Source of the DNA: SAR202 cluster bacterium
Lineage (GTDB): Bacteria > Chloroflexota > Dehalococcoidia > Lucifugimonadales > VGZR01
Direction of reading: 5' to 3'
Length of the DNA: 64,000 nucleotides
NCBI GenBank assembly: GCA_016872515.1
Contig: VGZR01000008.1
Location: 4,112 to 68,111 of the forward strand
This document shows, in pieces, positions 59,432-64,000 of this stretch. The position numbers were made by a program, and so were the translations under genes. The notes beneath the pieces were generated by a model. That model saw nothing but the letters and a program-made list of their open reading frames with translations. It was not told the origin of the DNA and made no database searches. Within the stretch, counting starts at the first letter, position 1, and each line of letters opens with the position of its first letter.

Positions 59432-60358
59432 ATGAAGCCCGAAGCCAAGCCGGTCTATGGGGGCCAGGCGGTCCTCGAAGGCGTGATGATCCGCGGGCAG
59501 CGGCAAGCGGCGGTGGCCGTGCGCCGCCCCGACGGCGCCATCGTCCTGCGGACTTTCGACATCAGCCCGGTCTTCAGCGGCAAGCTCCGCCGCGTCCCGC
59601 TGGTGCGCGGCGTGCTCGTCCTAGCCGAGACCCTTGCCCTGGGGATGCGCGCTCTTACCCACTCAGCCAACGTCGGTATGGGGAAAGAGGGCGAGGAGAT
59701 GAGCAAGGGGTCCGTCGCAGGGGTCATCACGGTGTCCCTGCTCCTCGCTATCGGCATCTTCTTCTTGCTGCCTGTCTTCGCCAGCAGGGGGTTGGAGGGT
59801 TTCCTCGGCTCCGGCATCCTCAGCAATCTTGCCGAGGGCGCCATCCGGCTGGCTATCTTCTTGGCCTACATCGCTCTCATCGGCCGGATGCAGGAGATAA
59901 AGCGCGTGTTCATGTACCACGGCGCCGAGCACATGACGGTGCACGCGCTGGAGAAGGGTGACCCGCTGGAGGTCGAGGCGGTGCGCAAGTACTCAACGGC
60001 CCACCCGCGCTGCGGCACCGCGTTCCTGCTGACCGTGATGGTCGTCGCCATCGTGGTCTTCGCCTTCACTGGGCGCGACCCGCTCTGGTGGCTCATCGCC
60101 TCGCGTGTGGTGCTTGTGCCCGTGATAGCCGCAGTGAGCTACGAGGTCATCCGGTTCAGTGGCCGCCACACGGGCAACGCCCTGGTGAAGGCCACGGCGG
60201 CGCCGGGCATCCTGCTCCAGGGGCTGACCACGCGCAAGCCGGACGACGCTCAAATCGAGGTGGCCATCGCGGCGATGAAGCTCGCCATCGAGGCCGACCA
60301 GAAGGCGATGGTCAGCGGCGCCGCTCCCGCAGTTGCCGCCACACGGCCTCAGGCTTGA
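59432..60358 (+). CDS. DUF1385-family membrane protein
   Basis: VYGGQAVLEGVMIRG...YHGAEHMTVHALE...HPRCGTAFLL, 308 aa. Confidence 0.8.
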   Translation: MKPEAKPVYGGQAVLEGVMIRGQRQAAVAVRRPDGAIVLRTFDISPVFSGKLRRVPLVRGVLVLAETLALGMRALTHSANVGMGKEGEEMSKGSVAGVITVSLLLAIGIFFLLPVFASRGLEGFLGSGILSNLAEGAIRLAIFLAYIALIGRMQEIKRVFMYHGAEHMTVHALEKGDPLEVEAVRKYSTAHPRCGTAFLLTVMVVAIVVFAFTGRDPLWWLIASRVVLVPVIAAVSYEVIRFSGRHTGNALVKATAAPGILLQGLTTRKPDDAQIEVAIAAMKLAIEADQKAMVSGAAPAVAATRPQA

Positions 60359-60932
60359 CGCCCGAGGCCGCCATCAGCACCAGGGTGTGGTACAACAGGT
60401 CGGCGACCTCCTCGGTCAGCCGTCCCTTGTCTCCTTTGACTCCGGCGATGGCCGTCTCGCCTGCCTCCTCCACCACCTTCTGGCTGATGCGGTCCACGCC
60501 CTCCGCCAGCAGCCTCGCGGTATAGCTGCCCTCCGGCTTGTCGCGCTTGCGGCCCTGGATAACGCCGTACAGCTCCTCCAGCACACCCGGCCCCTTGTCG
60601 GCGTGCTCGAACGATGGCAGCGCCTCCAGCGGCGTGAAGAAGCACGTGCGGTTCCCGGTATGGCAGATGGGGCCGCCGGGTTCCACCTTGACGAGGATGA
60701 CGTCTCCATCACAGTCCAGGGTTGCTGACTTGACGTGCATGAAGTTGCCTGAGATCTCGCCCTTGTGCCAGAAGTCGGCGCGGCTACGGCTGTAGAACCA
60801 CACGTCGCCGCCTTCCAGTGTCCGCCTCAGGGAGCCGGGGCTCATGTACCCGAGCATGATGACCTCGCCGGTGGAGGCGTTCTGCGCTATGGCGGGGATG
60901 AGACCCTTCTCGTCGAGTATGGCCATGACCAT
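60312..60932 (-). CDS. hisI: Bifunctional phosphoribosyl-AMP cyclohydrolase / phosphoribosyl-ATP diphosphatase
   Basis: ATG 60932, 5 nt after GGAAGGTG. MVMAILDEKGLIPAIAQNASTGEVIMLGYM...FYSRSRADFWHKGEISGN...CDGD (HisI), then ...VVEEAGETAIA... (HisE). The track ORF to 61079 is an over-extension into hisF. Confidence 0.9.
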   Translation of the reverse strand: MVMAILDEKGLIPAIAQNASTGEVIMLGYMSPGSLRRTLEGGDVWFYSRSRADFWHKGEISGNFMHVKSATLDCDGDVILVKVEPGGPICHTGNRTCFFTPLEALPSFEHADKGPGVLEELYGVIQGRKRDKPEGSYTARLLAEGVDRISQKVVEEAGETAIAGVKGDKGRLTEEVADLLYHTLVLMAASGVKPEAVWRQLRERRR

Positions 60933-60960
60933 GGCTGCACCTTCCATCAGGATTGAGTGT

Positions 60961-61782
60961 CTATGCCGCGGCTTTCTGGCGTACCGGGATGCCCCGTCCG
61001 GCCAGGTAGTGCTTGGCTTGTTCGATGCGAAACGTCCCGTAGTGAAAGATGCTGGCGGCGAGCACCGCGTCGGCTTCACCGGCCACCAGCGCCTCGTACA
61101 GGTGCTCCAGGGTGCCCGCGCCGCCGCTAGCGATGACCGGCACGGAGACCTGCTCCGAGATGGCCCGCAACAGCTCCAGGTCGTAGCCGGCCTTCCGCCC
61201 GTCCGCGTCCATGCTCGTGACGAGAAGCTCGCCAGCGCCGAGTTCGGCCGACCGCGCCGCCCACTTCACCGCGTCTATGCCGGTCGGCGTGCGCCCTCCG
61301 TGGGTGAATACTTCCCACCGCGACGCCTCGCCGAGGGCCAGGCCCGCGGGCACCGAGGGCGGCGCTACCCTGCCCACCTCGACCCGCTTCGCGTCAATGG
61401 CCACCACGATGCACTGGCTGCCGAAGAAGTCGGCAGCCTCTTTGATGACACCTGGGTTCTGGACGGCGGTGGTGTTGAGCGAGGCCTTGTCGGCTCCCGC
61501 TTCGAGCATCTTGCGGACATGCTCGACCTTGCGGATGCCGCCGCCGACGGTGAGGGGGATGAAGACCTTTTCGGAGACCTTCCTGACCACGTCCACCATC
61601 GTCTCCCGCGACTCAGCGGACGCGGTGATGTCGAGGAAGACCAATTCGTCGGCGCCTTCGCGGTCGTAGAAGGAGGCCATCGCGGCCGGGTCACCCGCAT
61701 CCCGCAGGTTGATGAAGCTGACGCCCTTGACGACCCGCCCACGGTCAACATCCAGGCATGGGATGATGCGCTTGGAGAGCAT
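60961..61782 (-). CDS. hisF: Imidazole glycerol phosphate synthase cyclase subunit
   Basis: [32 protein letters not shown]...LDITAS...GGGI..., 273 aa. Confidence 0.95.
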   Translation of the reverse strand: MLSKRIIPCLDVDRGRVVKGVSFINLRDAGDPAAMASFYDREGADELVFLDITASAESRETMVDVVRKVSEKVFIPLTVGGGIRKVEHVRKMLEAGADKASLNTTAVQNPGVIKEAADFFGSQCIVVAIDAKRVEVGRVAPPSVPAGLALGEASRWEVFTHGGRTPTGIDAVKWAARSAELGAGELLVTSMDADGRKAGYDLELLRAISEQVSVPVIASGGAGTLEHLYEALVAGEADAVLAASIFHYGTFRIEQAKHYLAGRGIPVRQKAAA

Positions 61783-61791
61783 AGCAGCGCG

Positions 61792-62361
61792 CTACTTGCG
61801 CAGGAGCAGCATGTACTGGGCGTCGTTGAGGTGGTAGCGGCCGGTGAAGCGGAAACCGAGCTTCTCCGCTATCTGGCGCAGCGCATCCTCGCCGACGCGC
61901 CGATCAACTGGAGGGCCATCCCCGCTCTCCTTCGTGTTCCACTCGAGGGCAGCCAGCCAGCCGCCCCGGCGGAGGACGCGGTGTGCGTCCTTGAGCAGTT
62001 TTTTGGGGTCGTCCACATTACTGAAGGCGAACGGCGCGAGGATGCCGTCGAGGCTGTCGTCCTCGAGGTTGAGCTTGCGCTCCTTGGTCAGGACTGTTTC
62101 GACGTTGGTGAGGCGCAGCTTTTCCACGGCCTGTTTGGTGGCGTCCAGGGCGTCCTGCTGGGTGTCCACGGCGTAGATCCTGCCGTCGAACACGTACTTG
62201 GCGAGGGGAACAGTGAAGTAACCCGTGCCGCAGGCGATGTCGGCCACGGTGTGGTAGGGCATGACAGGGATGAGGGACATGACGCGGTGGGTGTCCAACG
62301 TTTCCAGCCGCTGAGGAGTGAGGGCGGTTTCTCTGTTCTTGGTTTCGGCCTTTATGGGCAT
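61792..62361 (-). CDS. Class I SAM-dependent methyltransferase embedded in the his operon
   Basis: ...VADIACGTGYFTVPLAKYV (motif I) ...RVLRRGGWLAALEW. ATG 62361 after GAGG. GTG 62376, overlapping the hisA stop, is the alternative. Confidence 0.8.
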   Translation of the reverse strand: MPIKAETKNRETALTPQRLETLDTHRVMSLIPVMPYHTVADIACGTGYFTVPLAKYVFDGRIYAVDTQQDALDATKQAVEKLRLTNVETVLTKERKLNLEDDSLDGILAPFAFSNVDDPKKLLKDAHRVLRRGGWLAALEWNTKESGDGPPVDRRVGEDALRQIAEKLGFRFTGRYHLNDAQYMLLLRK

Positions 62362-62372
62362 CGTTCGAGACC

Positions 62373-63110
62373 TCACACTCTTTTTGCTGAGATGGCACCG
62401 GTTTCACGGATAGCGCTGCGCAGGTCAACCCCACCAGTATACAAGGCTTTGCCGACGATGGCGGCCTCGGCCCCAAGCAGCGCGAGGCGTTTCAGGTGGC
62501 CTATGGAAGAGATGCCGCCCGCCGCCATGGCAGCTAGGCCTGACCCGTCCACCAGTTGCTGGACCCCTTCGAAGTTCGGCTCGGTCAGCGTCCCGTCCCG
62601 CGACACGTCGGTGTACATGATGCGCAGGACGCCCCAACCCGCCACTCGTTTGGCCAAGGACAGGGCCGTCGTACGGCTGGCCTGCTCCCATCCGCGCACG
62701 ACGACGTAGCCATCCTTGGCGTCAACGCTGACGATGACGCGGCCGGAGCCCAGCATGCCGCACACCTCTTTCACCAGGTCGGGCGTCTCCAAGGCGGCGG
62801 TGCCCAGGATGACTCTGTCCACGCCACGGTCTGCAACGGCCTTGGCCGACTCCAACGTCCTGATGCCACCGCCAAGTTGGATGGGGACGCCTGCGGCGGC
62901 GGCAATCTTTGCAACCGCATCCAGGTTGGCGGGCACGCCAGCGCGCGCTCCGTCCAGGTCCACGACGTGGAGCCTGGTAGCGCCCTCCTCGACCCAGCGC
63001 AAGGCCACGGCCACAGGGTCGCCGGAGTACAACGTCTCGCGGGAGTAGTCCCCCTGGTACAGCCGCACGCACCTGCCGCCGCGCAGGTCTATCGCGGGGA
63101 CTACCTCCAT
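62373..63110 (-). CDS. hisA: 1-(5-phosphoribosyl)-5-[(5-phosphoribosylamino)methylideneamino]imidazole-4-carboxamide isomerase
   Basis: ATG 63110. MEVVPAIDLRGGRCVRLYQGDYSRETLYSGDPVAVALRW...HVVDLDGA. The track ORF to 63587 is an over-extension through hisH. Confidence 0.93.
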   Translation of the reverse strand: MEVVPAIDLRGGRCVRLYQGDYSRETLYSGDPVAVALRWVEEGATRLHVVDLDGARAGVPANLDAVAKIAAAAGVPIQLGGGIRTLESAKAVADRGVDRVILGTAALETPDLVKEVCGMLGSGRVIVSVDAKDGYVVVRGWEQASRTTALSLAKRVAGWGVLRIMYTDVSRDGTLTEPNFEGVQQLVDGSGLAAMAAGGISSIGHLKRLALLGAEAAIVGKALYTGGVDLRSAIRETGAISAKRV

Positions 63111-63742
63111 GCGGCTTGAGTGGGGGCGGACTTCACAAGGCGCACGAAGTTCTCGTACAGCTTCAGGCCGTTCTCGCCGCTCTTCTCCGGGTGGAACTGG
63201 ACGGCGATGACGTTCTCCCAGGCCGCTACGCTGCAGAACTCGACGCCGTAGTCGGTGACGCCCGCCACGACCGAGCGGTCGTCTGGGTCGGCGTAGTAGC
63301 TGTGCACGAAGTAGAAGTTGGAGCCGTCGGGCACGCCCTCGAGGACGGGGTGGCCCTTCAGCAGTTTGACCTGGTTCCAGCCCATGTGGGGGATCTTGAG
63401 ACCGTCCGGCAGACGCCGCACGCGGCCCTTCAGAATGCCCAACCCCGGCTCGACGCCCTCGTCGGAGCCTTCGAGAAGGAGTTGGAGGCCGAGGCAGACA
63501 CCGAAGAAGGGCCGCCCACTGCGGATGAACGCCTTGATAGGCTCGACCAAGTCGTGTTCTCGCAGGTGGCGCATGGAGGAGTCGCACGCGCCCTGGCCGG
63601 GGAACACCAGCGCGTCGGCGGACTTGATGACGCGCTCGTCCGAGGTGATGGCGGCTTGCGCCCCAGAGCGCTCCAGCGCCTTCTGGACGCTGCGGAGGTT
63701 GCCCGCCTGGTAGTCCACGATGACGATGTTGAGGCCAGCCAT
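63101..63742 (-). CDS. hisH: Imidazole glycerol phosphate synthase glutamine amidotransferase subunit
   Basis: MAGLNIVIVDYQAGNLRSVQKALE...PGQGA...GVCLGLQLL (catalytic Cys)...HSY. Confidence 0.95.
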   Translation of the reverse strand: MAGLNIVIVDYQAGNLRSVQKALERSGAQAAITSDERVIKSADALVFPGQGACDSSMRHLREHDLVEPIKAFIRSGRPFFGVCLGLQLLLEGSDEGVEPGLGILKGRVRRLPDGLKIPHMGWNQVKLLKGHPVLEGVPDGSNFYFVHSYYADPDDRSVVAGVTDYGVEFCSVAAWENVIAVQFHPEKSGENGLKLYENFVRLVKSAPTQAAWR

Positions 63743-63751
63743 CGGAGGGCG

Positions 63752-64000
63752 TCAGGCCTTGCGGCCGGTGACCAGTTCGTAGGGAAGCGCCCTGTCCTCA
63801 AGCCTGGCGAGCATGAAGAGCAGGTCGGACAGGCGGTTGACGTACCGCAAAACCTCCGGGTTCGGCACCAGTCCGTCGTCGCGCAGCGCCACGATGCGAC
63901 GCTCCGCCCGCCGGAGCACTGTGCGGGCCACATCGAGCGCGCCTGACCCGGCGGACGCGCCTGGGACGATGAACGAGGCCGGCAGGGAGATGGCGGCGTC
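63752..64000 (-). CDS. PduO-type ATP:cob(I)alamin adenosyltransferase, C-terminal 82 codons (gene starts beyond window end)
   Basis: My translation of the minus strand: ...[30 protein letters not shown]...[33 protein letters not shown], stop TGA at 63754-63752. Confidence 0.75.
   Translation of the reverse strand, partial: DAAISLPASFIVPGASAGSGALDVARTVLRRAERRIVALRDDGLVPNPEVLRYVNRLSDLLFMLARLEDRALPYELVTGRKA

Noticed and set aside
60844-62709. 621-aa plus-strand ORF
   Set aside because: Antisense to hisIE, hisF, the methyltransferase and hisA. Low-complexity translation.

Overview
This is a 64-kb, high-GC (roughly 60-65% by eye) bacterial chromosomal segment. It is densely packed with housekeeping genes on both strands. 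Genes present: dnaE (5' part); groES-groEL behind a CIRCE operator; a UbiA-type transferase plus a membrane Fe-S oxidoreductase; galU; two MFS transporters; ispH; an aminotransferase-nadE-LLM oxidoreductase-gcvT-gcvH-gcvPA-gcvPB cluster; trmI; citrate synthase; rex; a complete F1Fo ATP synthase operon; pyrF; sfsA; nusA-ylxR-infB-rbfA-truB; rplU-rpmA-rpmE; hisH-hisA-(methyltransferase)-hisF-hisIE; and one tRNA-Ala(CGC). The gene content (split gcvP, F420-type LLM enzyme, TM0106 nuclease, DUF5679/DUF951/DUF1385, two geranylgeranyl-reductase paralogues) fits a Chloroflexota-like genome, but that is inference only. I saw no rRNA, CRISPR, transposase, integrase or recognisable defence system. The strongest signal is recoding. 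Three in-frame TGA codons sit exactly at redox-active positions of thioredoxin-fold proteins: a glutaredoxin-like ORF ending GVG-TGA-ACC-TTC-TGA; an adjacent TlpA-like/TPR protein with TGA in place of the first redox Cys; and a peroxiredoxin with TGA in place of the peroxidatic Cys. Each TGA is followed 11-14 nt later by a stem-loop. This argues for selenocysteine decoding, and it means ORF callers fragment these genes. No sel genes or tRNA-Sec lie in the window. Other items worth a second look are: a low-GC methyltransferase gene broken by a frameshift in an (AG)6 tract and overlapping a TM0106 RecB/Cas4-like nuclease gene; a structured 512-nt convergent intergenic region with duplicated hairpin+motif units; a carbamoyltransferase homologue lacking the STRTR and HPLP motifs; and a Rex-box-like site on the atp promoter. 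All calls rest on reading the translations and sequence by eye. No database search was possible, and start codons are approximate.
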